Source: an uncultured Lachnospiraceae bacterium (GTDB taxonomy: Bacteria; Bacillota; Clostridia; Christensenellales; UBA1242). Taken from it: a DNA stretch of 64,000 nucleotides. Shown here in pieces: positions 9,218-19,398 of the stretch. A program made the translations under genes and the position numbers. The notes beneath the pieces were generated by a model. It made no database searches. It worked only from the letters and a program-made list of their open reading frames with translations, and had not been told where the DNA came from. The stretch is from the NCBI GenBank assembly GCA_964405555.1, contig CAYOOB010000003.1, positions 24,606 through 88,605 on the forward strand, in the 5' to 3' direction. How positions within the stretch are numbered: the first letter of the stretch is position 1; every line of letters begins with the position of its first letter.

Positions 9218-10621
9218 ATGTTTGTTTTGTTTGCAGTTTTAATTTCTGTTTTATTTTGTGTAATTGATTTACTATATTTTAAATTGTATCAATTGGAAAA
9301 TTACAATATATCCAAATACGTAAAAAAAACACTACATTTTAATTTTGCATTAGGTAAGAAAAATCTATTAGTTTACACAAAAAGAATAAAAAGATTGATT
9401 TTTTGTGATTTTTTTCTAAAATTTTTGATTTTTTTGTTGTTTTTTGGCACAATTTTAAATTTTTGGATAAATTTTTCTATTGTTTTGTTTTTAACAATTT
9501 TTTCGCCTATTTTTGTTTTATTAACATTTTTTGTTATGCTTCCGTGTGAAAATTATATAAAAAAGTGTTACATAAAGAAAGCCAAGAACAAACTTAAAAA
9601 TATGAACTGCAAAACAATTGCAATTACAGGGAGTTATGGTAAGACCTCCACAAAGAATATTTTATATCAACTTTTAAGTGAGGAATTTGAAACGACTGCC
9701 ACTCCAAAAAGTTACAACACACCAATGGGAGTGTGTAAAACCATTCTTGAAAACTTGAAAGAAACTGACGACTTTTTTATTGTGGAGTTTGGTGCAAGGG
9801 CTCAGGGAGATATTGATGAACTTTGTAAATTGGTGGGAGTTGACTTTGGAATTATCACGCCAGTTGGAGATTGTCATTTGGAAACATTCGGCAGTTTGGA
9901 GAATATTGAAAACACAAAATACGAACTATGTTCAAATGCCAAAGATTTGGTGGTTTTTAATGGCAAAAGCAAGTCCACAAAGCGAATGTATCAAAAATAT
10001 CCACGCCGAAAATATTTGGTGTGTTTGGAGGGGAGTTTTGCGTATGCCAAAAACATACAAAACACGGTGGAAGGTTCAAAGTTTACAATGGTATTGAATG
10101 GTAGTGAGTTTTCATGCAGAACAAAACTTTTAGGAAAATCTAATATAGATAACATTGTGGTGGCAACTGCCATGGCATATCTTCTTGGCGAAAGCATTGT
10201 CAGCATAGTTAGAGGGATTGCTAAACTGAAACCAACTCCGCACCGCCTTGAATTGATTAAAGGCAGGTTTGTGAATGTGATTGATGATTCATACAACAGT
10301 AACTATGATGGATTTATGCAGGCTCTTGAAACACTGAAATGTTTTTCTGGAAAAAAAGTGGTTGTTTCGCCAGGTGTTGTGGAGCTTGGAAATGCACAGT
10401 TTGAAGTCAATAAGAGAATTGGTGGTGAGGTTGCCAAGGTTGCGGATGTGTTTGTGATAATGAATCAAACTAATAAAAAGGCACTTCAAGAAGGAGCGGG
10501 TGATGCTTGCGAGGTGTATTTTGCGAACACAAGAGATGAGCAAAAGAAAATACTTCAAACAATCTTATTAAAGGGCGATGTTGTGCTTTTTGAAAACGAC
10601 CTCCCTGATAATATAAAGTGA
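9218..10621 (+). CDS. MurF-like Mur ligase (UDP-MurNAc-tripeptide--D-Ala-D-Ala ligase-like) with N-terminal transmembrane region in place of the usual N-domain
   Basis: P-loop ITGSYGKTSTKNIL. C-terminal HRLELIKGRFVNVIDDSYNSNYDGFMQALETL matches the MurF HR.E...IDDSYNANP motif. The first ~115 aa are 3-4 hydrophobic helices. Confidence 0.65.
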   Translation: MFVLFAVLISVLFCVIDLLYFKLYQLENYNISKYVKKTLHFNFALGKKNLLVYTKRIKRLIFCDFFLKFLIFLLFFGTILNFWINFSIVLFLTIFSPIFVLLTFFVMLPCENYIKKCYIKKAKNKLKNMNCKTIAITGSYGKTSTKNILYQLLSEEFETTATPKSYNTPMGVCKTILENLKETDDFFIVEFGARAQGDIDELCKLVGVDFGIITPVGDCHLETFGSLENIENTKYELCSNAKDLVVFNGKSKSTKRMYQKYPRRKYLVCLEGSFAYAKNIQNTVEGSKFTMVLNGSEFSCRTKLLGKSNIDNIVVATAMAYLLGESIVSIVRGIAKLKPTPHRLELIKGRFVNVIDDSYNSNYDGFMQALETLKCFSGKKVVVSPGVVELGNAQFEVNKRIGGEVAKVADVFVIMNQTNKKALQEGAGDACEVYFANTRDEQKKILQTILLKGDVVLFENDLPDNIK

Positions 10622-10832
10622 CAATATAAAGTGAAGTAGAATATTATATTTGTTCGAAAAAATTAACAAAAATAGAACTCCTTAATTTGCTAAACAATTT
10701 TTGTTATCTTTTTTGACATTTAGTTTTAATATTTGATATACTTCTTGTAAGAAATAATGTTTTTTATTTTATTATTAAATTGTTGGCATAAGTTTTGATT
10801 TTGCAATTTCATTTCTTATAAGGAGGAAAATT

Positions 10833-11723
10833 TTGAGTAAAAGAGAAACTATTTTACAAAAAGGAGAAAATATCTTTTCATCAGACAATGAACAAGAACG
10901 ACTGAAAGTTCAACAACAAATGTTGTATGATTATGATATGCAAATTATAGAAAAATTTATTGATAAAAACAAACCAATTTGTGTTTTAGATTTGGGGTGT
11001 AATAATTGCCAAGTGGGGCTGAGTAGGTTGGAAAAGTTTAACACTAAGGCATATATTGGGGTGGATGTTATTGACAATTCTGAGATGTTAAGCGAAAATA
11101 ATAATTTAAAGAACGCATATTTGAAGGGTGCGGAGTTTTCTTATTGTGTCGCAAATTTAGAAGAAGATACTTTTGAAGATAAACTTTTACAAAGTATGGC
11201 AAAGTGCGGAGTTGAAAAGTTTGATGTTGTGTTTTGTTTTGCGATATTTGCTCATTTAAAAGAGCCAGCAAAAGTATTGACAAAAGTAAAAAAATTTTGT
11301 AATTCAAACTGCTTGTTTTTTATAAGGAATATTGATGATGGATTTAACATTTGTTCAGGCTCTAAGTTGGTGGAAAGAGGGATTAAATTCTTAGATAAAA
11401 CTAAATTTACAGGATTTAGATATTCTGGTAGACAGGTTAATGAAATATTAATTGATGCGGGATTTAAAGAGATTAATCTTGTGAAGACAGGAATCGACAC
11501 AATAGGCATGAACAAAGAGAAAAGGTTGGCTTTATTTCACACTATATTCGATTTTATATTAATATCACTTCGCAAGGAGAAAGATTTAAAAATTTTGAAC
11601 TCACAAAATGAAAAAAGATTGAACTGGCTGGAAGAGATGTACGAAGAAATTGGTAAAGAGTTTTTGAAGGATAGATTTTTCTTACATTTTGGGTTTATGT
11701 TCTATGTTGCAAGGATAGGATAA
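10833..11723 (+). CDS. class I SAM-dependent methyltransferase
   Basis: Motif I VLDLGCNNCQVG and post-I IGVDV. TTG start with AAGGAGG upstream. Confidence 0.6.
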   Translation: MSKRETILQKGENIFSSDNEQERLKVQQQMLYDYDMQIIEKFIDKNKPICVLDLGCNNCQVGLSRLEKFNTKAYIGVDVIDNSEMLSENNNLKNAYLKGAEFSYCVANLEEDTFEDKLLQSMAKCGVEKFDVVFCFAIFAHLKEPAKVLTKVKKFCNSNCLFFIRNIDDGFNICSGSKLVERGIKFLDKTKFTGFRYSGRQVNEILIDAGFKEINLVKTGIDTIGMNKEKRLALFHTIFDFILISLRKEKDLKILNSQNEKRLNWLEEMYEEIGKEFLKDRFFLHFGFMFYVARIG

Positions 11724-11788
11724 CATAAAATCGACTTTATAAAATAAAAAATCAAAAAAAATAATAACACAATAAAAAAAGGAAAAGT

Positions 11789-12337
11789 ATGAAAGAGCAG
11801 TTTGAGATAAAACTTATTGAAAAAGACTATATTGAAGATATTCTCTCTCTTCAAGAGGAAGTTTTTTTAGAGGGGTATACCGAAGATAGGCTAAGGCGCA
11901 ACACTATAAACAGTTTTAACGAAGCTTTTGAAGATGGGCATATTGCTTATGGAGTGTTTCATTGTGGTAAACTGATTGCTTTTGCTATTATGCAAATCAA
12001 TCCTAAATCAAAAATATTATCATCACTAGAGATGAAAAACCTCTACGATAAGTGTGAAATTAAAGTCGATAATAATTCCAAAAATTCCAATTATGCAGTT
12101 ATAAAACTTGTCATTGTTGAAAAGGAATATAGAGGGAATGGGCTTCAAGTTACTTTCTTACAAAAATTTGAAGAAAGATTGAAAGAGTTAAAAATTCCGC
12201 TTGTTATAGCATCGGTATCTCCTCTTAACGAATATAGTTTAAAAAATTTTCTTATAATGGATTATAAGGCATACATAACTAAAAAACTTTATGGAGGATT
12301 TGATAGGGTTATTGTCTTTAAGAAAATTGATTTATAA
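11789..12337 (+). CDS. GNAT-family N-acetyltransferase
   Basis: VIVEKEYRGNGLQVTFL matches the acetyl-CoA-binding motif A (..R/Q-x-x-G-x-G/A..). The 182-aa size fits. Confidence 0.6.
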   Translation: MKEQFEIKLIEKDYIEDILSLQEEVFLEGYTEDRLRRNTINSFNEAFEDGHIAYGVFHCGKLIAFAIMQINPKSKILSSLEMKNLYDKCEIKVDNNSKNSNYAVIKLVIVEKEYRGNGLQVTFLQKFEERLKELKIPLVIASVSPLNEYSLKNFLIMDYKAYITKKLYGGFDRVIVFKKIDL

Positions 12338-12414
12338 ACAGATTTGATTTTTGTTATATTAGACAATAGATTAAAAAATAAAGAGATAGTAAATGGCAAG
12401 TACGGCATCAAAAA

Positions 12415-12449
12415 AACACCAGCATTTTTTGCGTGGTGTTTTGTTTTTA
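12415..12449 (+). terminator. terminator after the GNAT gene
   Basis: aacacca (12415-12421) pairs with tggtgtt (12434-12440), followed by ttgttttt. Confidence 0.45.
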
Positions 12450-12673
12450 TGGGGTGGAGTGATTTTTGACGAACTGATTTATTTTTTTAATATAATCAAA
12501 TTCTTTAAATATTAAATTCTTTAAATATTAAATTCTTTAACTGAGTGATTTCTTTTACAAACGCTTTTAAATTGTTCTAAATTTATTATTTTTTGAATTG
12601 CTTATTCAATTTTGTATTGGTTGTTTTATGTTAGGCTAACCAATAAATTTGAGGTAGCAAAAAATACAAAGAA

Positions 12674-12844
12674 CTATGATTTCTTTGCTTTTTTGATGCA
12701 TTTTGTGCAGGCTTTAACACGCTTGCCGTCAATTTCTGCTGTTTGCAAATTTACATTATATTTTCTTGGGGCTTTGTTGTTTGCATGGCTGACTGTTTTG
12801 CCGTCCATTTTTCCTTTCCCACATATCTCACAAACTCTGCTCAT
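12674..12844 (-). CDS. rpmB: 50S ribosomal protein L28
   Basis: Hand translation of the minus strand gives MSRVCEICGKGKMDGKTVSHANNKAPRKYNVNLQTAEIDGKRVKACTKCIKKAKKS (56 aa). This is the canonical L28 N-terminus. AAGGAG lies upstream. It sits divergent from asp23-yloV, as in other Firmicutes. It is below the size cut-off of the supplied ORF track. Confidence 0.88.
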   Translation of the reverse strand: MSRVCEICGKGKMDGKTVSHANNKAPRKYNVNLQTAEIDGKRVKACTKCIKKAKKS

Positions 12845-13347
12845 TTTTCTTCTCCTTTAACAATAATCGACTTTCATTTTAGCACAATCGAAAAGAAAAA
12901 TCAACTGTTTTGGCAATATTTGTTATTAAATTTTTGTAATTTGACATATCATATTGTAACTCCAGTTGATATGCTTTGGGTTGAAGTAACAAAAATGTGT
13001 GGTTTATATTACGATAAATGTTGAGTTGAGTGTAAATTACAAACATTTTCTATTGTGCTCTTACTTAAGTTCGCCTAAAATTTCTTCAAAAATATCAAAT
13101 AAATGTTAAAATTATATTTAATTTACTTGTAAATTTTTTGTAAATGTTGTAAAATATTCCTATTGGAAGGAGTTTCTGATTTTTAGTTCTGTAATGTTTG
13201 ATTAATTGTGATTGTTGTTGCGATTTTATAGGCGGATAATGAGAGAGTGAGCATTTAATAAAATTACTTAATCAAGCAAAACCAAAATTAAACAATCGAG
13301 ATTTTCCAGATTTTCCAATTTAGAAAAAAATAAACAGGGGGCATCCT

Positions 13348-13698
13348 TTGACTGTCGACACAAACAATTATTATGGCAAAATTTCAATCAGCGACAATGC
13401 AATTCGCACTGTTGCTGGTTTTGCTGCGTTAGATTGTTATGGAGTTGTTGACCTCGTTGCCAAAAACTTCAAAGAAAGTGCAAGGGAACTCTTCAGAAAA
13501 GAAAGATATTCTAAGGGAGTGACTATAAGCCACATAGACAATCGAATTTTCATTGATATACACTGCATTTTAAAATACGGTGTTTCTATCAGTGCCGTGG
13601 CTGAGTCGCTTAAAAAATCAGTAAAATATTCTGTCGAAAATTTCACAGGTATGATTGTTGACACTGTGAATGTTCACGTCGTTGGCGTGTGCGTATGA
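13348..13698 (+). CDS. Asp23/Gls24 family envelope stress protein (YloU-like)
   Basis: GKISISDNAIRTVAGFAALDCYGVVDL is the Asp23 family signature. It precedes the DAK2 gene, as in the conserved yloU-yloV pair. Confidence 0.8.
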   Translation: MTVDTNNYYGKISISDNAIRTVAGFAALDCYGVVDLVAKNFKESARELFRKERYSKGVTISHIDNRIFIDIHCILKYGVSISAVAESLKKSVKYSVENFTGMIVDTVNVHVVGVCV

Positions 13699-13725
13699 TG
13701 ATGCGTATGAGAATAGGAGCATAAG

Positions 13726-15360
13726 ATGCAAAAATCCATTAATGGAGCGACCTTTAAAAAAATGGTCCTCGCAGGTGTAAGTCTGCTTGAACAAAATAAA
13801 GAATATATTGACTCTTTAAATGTGTTTCCAGTTCCTGACGGAGATACTGGCACAAATATGTTTTTAACCATGAAATCGGCGGTGGGTGAGATTAATAAAT
13901 GTATGAACACCGACCTTTCTTCGTTGTCGGAAGCTTTTTCAAAGGGTGCTTTGAGAGGTGCAAGAGGTAACAGTGGTGTTATAACTTCGCAAATTTTTAA
14001 AGGTTTTTGTTCAATAACCAAAAATTGTAAAGAAATTTCAACCAAAGATTTTGCAAAGGCAATGCAAGAGGGTGCAACAATTGCGTATAAGGCGGTCACC
14101 AAACCTAAGGAAGGCACAATTTTAACTGTCATTCGTGTTATGGCAGAAAATGCTGTGAGTTTGGCAAAGAAGCATGATGATTTTGAAGTGTTCTTAAAAA
14201 AGGTTATCGACACAGGTGAAGAAATTTTGAGACAGACACCAGAAATGTTGCCTGTTTTGAAAAAAGCAGGGGTTGTGGACTCTGGTGGTCGTGGAATTTT
14301 GGTGATTTTCACAGGGTTCTACCGTTTTCTTATGGGCGAAGAAGATTTGGAATACACCTTTGTTGATGACACAAAGCCTCAATCAGTGGATGATGTTATT
14401 GCAGATATCAACAATCTTGGCGATATTGAATTTGGTTACTGCACCGAATATATGATAATTCAGATGCACAAGAAAACCACAGAGGCAGACATAGACAAAC
14501 TCCGTGAAAGACTTATGGAGATTGGAGATTCTGTTATTTGTATAGGAGATTTATCGCTTGTTAAGGTTCACGTCCACACAAATGAACCGAACCGTGCACT
14601 TGGCTATGCCCTTGAACTTGGCGAACTTTATAACCTCAAAATTGAGAATATGAGAGAGCAAAATCGTGAACTCAAAAAGAAAGCACAAGCAACAGAGGAA
14701 ACAAAAGAACTTGGCATGATTGCGGTTGCACCGGGTGATGGGCTTATGAACATCTTTAAAGAGTTGACGGTGGATGAAATCATTGTTGGTGGTCAAACCA
14801 TGAATCCAAGTGCAGAGGATATTGCCATGGCAGCGGATAAGGTTCCGGCAAGAAACGTTTTTGTTTTTCCAAATAACAAAAATATAGTTTTGGCAGCAGA
14901 ACAAGCAAATGATGTCACAAACAAAAACCTAATTATAATACCAACAAAAAGTGTTCCAGAGGGTATTTCTGCGGCTATAACGTTCAATCCTGATGCCTCT
15001 GTTGAAGAGAATAAAACAGCAATGCTTGAAGCAATAAAAAGTGTGCGTTCTGGCTCGGTTACTTACGCAGTGAGAGATACTCACGTTGACGGTTTCGACC
15101 TCACAAAAGGCGAGATTATCGGTCTTGATGACAAAGCAATTCTTTCAAAAGGAAATCTTGTGAGTGAAACAACTGAAAAACTTATTGAAGCAATGTTTGA
15201 TGATTCAATCATGAATATTACATTGTTCTATGGCGAAGATATTCGTGAAGATGAGGCAAATTCGTTGCAAGAATCTTTGGCGCAAAAATATCCTGATTGT
15301 GAAGTCACCATTGCAAACGGCGGACAACCAGTATATTATTACCTTGTAAGTTTGGAATGA
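13726..15360 (+). CDS. yloV: DAK2 domain-containing protein YloV
   Basis: N-terminal DhaL/DAK2 motif LNVFPVPDGDTGTNM..GARGNSGVI, ~545 aa, and conserved rpmB/asp23/yloV synteny. Confidence 0.85.
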   Translation: MQKSINGATFKKMVLAGVSLLEQNKEYIDSLNVFPVPDGDTGTNMFLTMKSAVGEINKCMNTDLSSLSEAFSKGALRGARGNSGVITSQIFKGFCSITKNCKEISTKDFAKAMQEGATIAYKAVTKPKEGTILTVIRVMAENAVSLAKKHDDFEVFLKKVIDTGEEILRQTPEMLPVLKKAGVVDSGGRGILVIFTGFYRFLMGEEDLEYTFVDDTKPQSVDDVIADINNLGDIEFGYCTEYMIIQMHKKTTEADIDKLRERLMEIGDSVICIGDLSLVKVHVHTNEPNRALGYALELGELYNLKIENMREQNRELKKKAQATEETKELGMIAVAPGDGLMNIFKELTVDEIIVGGQTMNPSAEDIAMAADKVPARNVFVFPNNKNIVLAAEQANDVTNKNLIIIPTKSVPEGISAAITFNPDASVEENKTAMLEAIKSVRSGSVTYAVRDTHVDGFDLTKGEIIGLDDKAILSKGNLVSETTEKLIEAMFDDSIMNITLFYGEDIREDEANSLQESLAQKYPDCEVTIANGGQPVYYYLVSLE

Positions 15361-15395
15361 TTTTACTTAATAAAAAATATAAAACACAAAAAAAA

Positions 15396-15422
15396 ACTCA
15401 ATTTAACGATTGAGTTTTTTTG
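15396..15422. terminator. bidirectional terminator between yloV (+) and the 15511 gene (-)
   Basis: Stem actcaat (15396-15402) / attgagt (15409-15415), flanked by an A-run and a T-run. Confidence 0.6.
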
Positions 15423-15510
15423 TGCATAATTATAATACATTCATTTTAATTTGTTATATTAGATTTTAAAAGATTTTAACTATTAATTTGATTTATTTTA
15501 GTAAGTTTAA

Positions 15511-16047
15511 TTATATTTCAATACCTTTTTTAGCTTGTTCTTTTTGTGAACTTTCACGCTTTTTTCTTGCGTTTTTTCTCCATTCACGATCTTCTAAGTC
15601 ATAAGCAACTTTGCTGGTTATAATTGCACTTACAGCAGTTACAGGATATAGGGAAGAGGTCGTCGATCCTGCTTTTATGAGATTTTGACCTGTGATATAC
15701 GCATTTTTCAGTTTTTCGGATACATCTTCATAAGTTGTCATATATGTTTTTTCACTTAAATCATCAATATTTTGAACAGCTGTTTCGTATTCGCTTATAG
15801 TTAATTCTCCATTTAAGTATTGGTTATACAAATTGGAATTCTGGTCTTGTTTATATGTTTCGTTTGCTTCATTATAATTAGATTTATCAACTGCTTTGTC
15901 TGATTTTGCCATACCTCCCCAAATAAGTCCAAGTGACACTGGCACAAGCAAAAAGGTACTAACAACAAAAGTGACACAACATATTTTCAAAGCCTTTATT
16001 TTTTTTAATATTCTATTTGATTTTTTATTTTCAGTTTTTTCTTTCAT
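15511..16047 (-). CDS. membrane protein, paralogue 1 of a tandem pair; function unknown
   Basis: The start is set at MKEKTENKK by alignment with the paralogue start MEEKDEKKNK. The two share the long block SNYNEANE.YK..Q.SNL.NQY..GELT.SEYETAVQN.DDLS..TYMT.YEDVSE.LKN.YITGQN. Confidence 0.6.
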   Translation of the reverse strand: MKEKTENKKSNRILKKIKALKICCVTFVVSTFLLVPVSLGLIWGGMAKSDKAVDKSNYNEANETYKQDQNSNLYNQYLNGELTISEYETAVQNIDDLSEKTYMTTYEDVSEKLKNAYITGQNLIKAGSTTSSLYPVTAVSAIITSKVAYDLEDREWRKNARKKRESSQKEQAKKGIEI

Positions 16048-16104
16048 TTTTTTGTCAACGCTCCACATTTATGTATGCTTAATAGTTAAATTTTGTTATT
16101 ATAA

Positions 16105-16641
16105 TTATATTTCAATAACTTTTTCTGCTGATTTTTTATTTAAATTCTTATTTCCTTTTGATTCTTTTTGAGAGTCTTTATATTTAAGAATTTCATCATC
16201 ATTACAAACTTTATATGCTGCAAATCCTGTTAAAGTAGGTATAACAAGAACACTGGAAGTTATAATTGATGCGGTCATCATGTTTTGACCTGTAATATAC
16301 GAATTTTTCAGTTCTTCGGAAACGTCTTCATATTTTGTCATATATGTGTATTTGCTTAAATCGTCAACATTTTGAACTGCCGTTTCGTATTCACTTAAAG
16401 TTAATTCTCCACTAGTATATTGGTTATGTAAATTAGAATATTGCTCTTTCTTATATGCTTCGTTTGCTTCATTATAATTGGATGCGTTTACAGCTTTCTC
16501 TGACTTGGCCGATCCTCCTAAAATAAGCCCAAGTGACACAGGTATAGACAAAACAGCAACAGAAACAAAAGTGGCACAACATAATTTTAATGCTTTAAAC
16601 ACTTTCAATCTTTTGTTTTTCTTTTCATCTTTTTCTTCCAT
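16105..16641 (-). CDS. membrane protein, paralogue 2 of a tandem pair; function unknown
   Basis: AAGGAG RBS. Same architecture as 15511-16047: Lys-rich N-terminus, TM, conserved middle domain, hydrophobic segment, Lys-rich C-terminus ending ..IEI. Confidence 0.65.
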   Translation of the reverse strand: MEEKDEKKNKRLKVFKALKLCCATFVSVAVLSIPVSLGLILGGSAKSEKAVNASNYNEANEAYKKEQYSNLHNQYTSGELTLSEYETAVQNVDDLSKYTYMTKYEDVSEELKNSYITGQNMMTASIITSSVLVIPTLTGFAAYKVCNDDEILKYKDSQKESKGNKNLNKKSAEKVIEI

Positions 16642-16867
16642 CTTTATTCTCCTTCCATGTTGGGTATTATAACATACTAATATTTAAATGTCAATAGTGG
16701 TCTTTAGCCATATCTTTTTGTTTTTAAAACTAAGCTGTGAATTTATGTAAAAATATGTATAATTATTTAGAAAAATTTATTTTTATTAATTTTTTCATAA
16801 AATTATTTGACTTTTTGTCGAAAAATGTTTAAACTATAATCAAGTAATAAGGAGGCTTGCGGAAAGA

Positions 16868-17977
16868 GTGGTTATTGTGGTTGAAATTGGTTCATCAAAA
16901 CTGTCTTGCATCGTGGCACAGAGGGGTGTGAATGGCATTTTCAACATCAAGGCAAAAGCGCAGGTGGAGTATGCGGGTTTTCTTGAAGGTGAGTTTGTTG
17001 AGAAATCATTGCTTGAAGATGCGGTTGCAAGTCTTTTTGCACAAGTAAAGTCGGTTTATCATAGAAATATGGAAAAAATTTTTGTTGGTGTTCCAGCTGA
17101 GTTTTCCAAAGTTTATTCCGCTCAAGAACAAGTGTCTTTTATGTTTAGGCGGGCTGTTAGGCAAGGTGATATTGATGAACTTTCCAGAAAGGCATCCAAT
17201 CACATTCAAGTTGATGGTATGGAGATTTTGGCTGTAACTCCAATCGGATTTGAGCTTGATGAAAGTAGGAAAACCAATTCGCCAAAGGGTGTCAAAGCTA
17301 ACAAAATTTCTGCTGAACTGTCGGTGGTTTTGGCACAATCGTCATTTATTCAGACCTTTAACAACATCTTTGAACGTTTAGGTATTGAGCAAGTGGAGTA
17401 TTTAAGCGAACCTTTGTGCGAAGCAATGTTTATTTTAGAAAAAGAAGAAAGAGAACGAACGTGTATTGTTATTGATGTTGGGGCAAGGTCCACAAGTATG
17501 GCATTTGTTAAAGGAGATGGGTTGACAAACTTAACCTCGTTTTCAATGGGCGGTTCTTACATAACAAGTGATTTGTCTTCGGCTTGTGGAATCTCTTATG
17601 AAGATGCACGGCAACTCAAAAGGCAAATTGTGCTTTCGCTTAAAGGGTCAGATAGCGATTTCTACGATTTGATAACTTTGGGTGGACGTGTCACGAAAAT
17701 TCCCTTGGCATTTGCAAACGAGGTGGTGTGCTATCGGCTGGATATAATTGCCAAAACGGTAAACGAATGCATTAGGTTGTTTGCAAAAGAGTATGTTCCT
17801 TACTATCCGATTTATCTTTGTGGTGCTGGAATAAGTAAAATTAAGGGTGGTAAAGATTATTTCGCAAAATGTATTGGCAGAAATATATCTTATGGATCTC
17901 CGCCAATTCCAGCATTTGATAAACCAGAAAATGCCAGTCTGTTAGGGCTTCTAAATTCTGCACTTGAAGAAAATTGA
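16868..17977 (+). CDS. ftsA: FtsA-like actin-fold cell division protein
   Basis: Lies immediately upstream of ftsZ. Contains VVEIGSSKLSCIVAQ (phosphate-1-like) and IVIDVGARSTSMAF (phosphate-2-like). It is divergent from canonical FtsA, so the call rests on position plus motifs. Confidence 0.6.
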   Translation: MVIVVEIGSSKLSCIVAQRGVNGIFNIKAKAQVEYAGFLEGEFVEKSLLEDAVASLFAQVKSVYHRNMEKIFVGVPAEFSKVYSAQEQVSFMFRRAVRQGDIDELSRKASNHIQVDGMEILAVTPIGFELDESRKTNSPKGVKANKISAELSVVLAQSSFIQTFNNIFERLGIEQVEYLSEPLCEAMFILEKEERERTCIVIDVGARSTSMAFVKGDGLTNLTSFSMGGSYITSDLSSACGISYEDARQLKRQIVLSLKGSDSDFYDLITLGGRVTKIPLAFANEVVCYRLDIIAKTVNECIRLFAKEYVPYYPIYLCGAGISKIKGGKDYFAKCIGRNISYGSPPIPAFDKPENASLLGLLNSALEEN

Positions 17978-18094
17978 TAAAATAATGGAAAATTATACAT
18001 TAAAAATTTCTAAAACAACATAAAAAATCTTGCAAACTTACTTCTATGTAAGTTAAAATATAACAATAGATTGAGGAGTAAAAGGAGAAAAAAT

Positions 18095-19279
18095 ATGGAA
18101 AACAGATCTTCGATAGTAAAAATTAAGGTTCTTGGTGTTGGAGGTGGCGGAAACAACGCTGTTAACAGAATGATTGACGCAAATGTGGCATCTGCTGAAT
18201 TTATCGCTATCAACACTGATAAACAGGCTCTTTTAATTTCTAAGGCTGAAAAACGCTTGCAAATTGGAGAGCGTTTAACAGGTGGTAGAGGTGCAGGTGC
18301 AATTCCTGATATTGGAAGAAAAGCCGCAGAAGAAAGTAAGTCTTCTATCACAGAAATTTTGAAAGGAACCGACCTTGTTTTCATCACAGCAGGTATGGGT
18401 GGTGGAACTGGCACTGGGGCTGCTCCTGTTATTGCTCAAATTGCTAAAGAACTTGGAATTTTGACTGTCGGAATTGTTACAAAACCATTCTTGTTCGAAA
18501 GTGCAAAGCGTATGGATAATGCAGAAAGAGGTATTGCAGAATTAAAAAAATATGTTGACACCATTGTTATTATTCCAAATGAAAGACTTTTAACAATTTT
18601 ACCAGAAAAAACAACTTTGGTTGATGCGTTTAGATATGCCGACGATGTGCTTCGTCAAGGTATTCAAGGAATTGCAGATTTGATTGTATTTCCAGGGTTG
18701 ATTAACCTTGATTTTGCTGACGTTGAAACAATTATGAAAGGTCGTGGGTTGGCACACATGGGAATTGGTCACGGTAAAGGTGAAAACAAAACCTTGGAGG
18801 CTGTTCGTCAAGCGGTTGCTTCACCACTTATTGAAACAACAATAGAGGGAGCAACTGGTGTTGTGTTGAATGTTAAGGGTGGAAGTGATATAACTCTTCG
18901 TGAGGTTACAGAGGCAGCAAATATGGTCAGAGAAGTTATTGACCCTGGTTGCAACCTTATCTTTGGAAGCAGTATTGACCCAGAAATGAGAGATGAAGTT
19001 GAAATCACAATCATTGCAACTGGTTTTAGAACTATGGACAATCAGGTTGAAGAAGAGGAAGAACCAGAGGAACAACCAGTGAAAGAAGAAGACAAGTTTA
19101 AAGGTTTTAATCCATTTGGATATAATGCACAACCACAACCTCAGCCACAACCACAACCACAACCACAAAGCGAGGTTAACTTGCAACAGAACGAAAATAC
19201 TTCTCGTGTGGATGTAAATCCAAACATCAATTCTATTCCACCTTGGATTGAGAAAATTAGGAATAAAAACAGAAAATAA
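18095..19279 (+). CDS. ftsZ: cell division GTPase FtsZ
   Basis: [17 protein letters not shown] and the tubulin signature [16 protein letters not shown] prefer the ATG at 18095 (AAAGGAG 7 nt upstream) over the track TTG at 18071. The C-terminal linker contains (PQ)n. Confidence 0.95.
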   Translation: MENRSSIVKIKVLGVGGGGNNAVNRMIDANVASAEFIAINTDKQALLISKAEKRLQIGERLTGGRGAGAIPDIGRKAAEESKSSITEILKGTDLVFITAGMGGGTGTGAAPVIAQIAKELGILTVGIVTKPFLFESAKRMDNAERGIAELKKYVDTIVIIPNERLLTILPEKTTLVDAFRYADDVLRQGIQGIADLIVFPGLINLDFADVETIMKGRGLAHMGIGHGKGENKTLEAVRQAVASPLIETTIEGATGVVLNVKGGSDITLREVTEAANMVREVIDPGCNLIFGSSIDPEMRDEVEITIIATGFRTMDNQVEEEEEPEEQPVKEEDKFKGFNPFGYNAQPQPQPQPQPQPQSEVNLQQNENTSRVDVNPNINSIPPWIEKIRNKNRK

Positions 19280-19367
19280 ATCATATTTTAATTTTCTGAA
19301 TTGTAAAATAAAACTATAAATTGTAAATTGTTTGCTATGAATTTGGCAATAAAAACAATGTAACAAA

Positions 19368-19398
19368 AAACAACCATAATTTTATGGCTGTTTTTTTA
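19368..19398 (+). terminator. terminator after ftsZ
   Basis: caaccata (19371-19378) pairs with tatggctg (19383-19390) with one mismatch, followed by T7. Confidence 0.55.

Noticed and set aside
12612-13024. Plus-strand ORFs 12612-12860 and 12743-13024
   Set aside because: They overlap the genuine rpmB gene on the opposite strand. They have no RBS, and their translations are hydrophobic nonsense-like sequences.
13674-14312. 212-aa minus-strand ORF
   Set aside because: It lies entirely antisense to the well-supported DAK2/yloV gene and is a shadow ORF. The same reasoning applies to 18010-18414 and 18821-19366 (antisense to ftsZ), 22813-23325 (sigG), 28185-28667 (feoB), 34974-35420 (spoIVA), 38819-39229 and 39177-39650 (mscS), 52919-53338 and the other minus-strand ORFs inside the giant NTPase gene.
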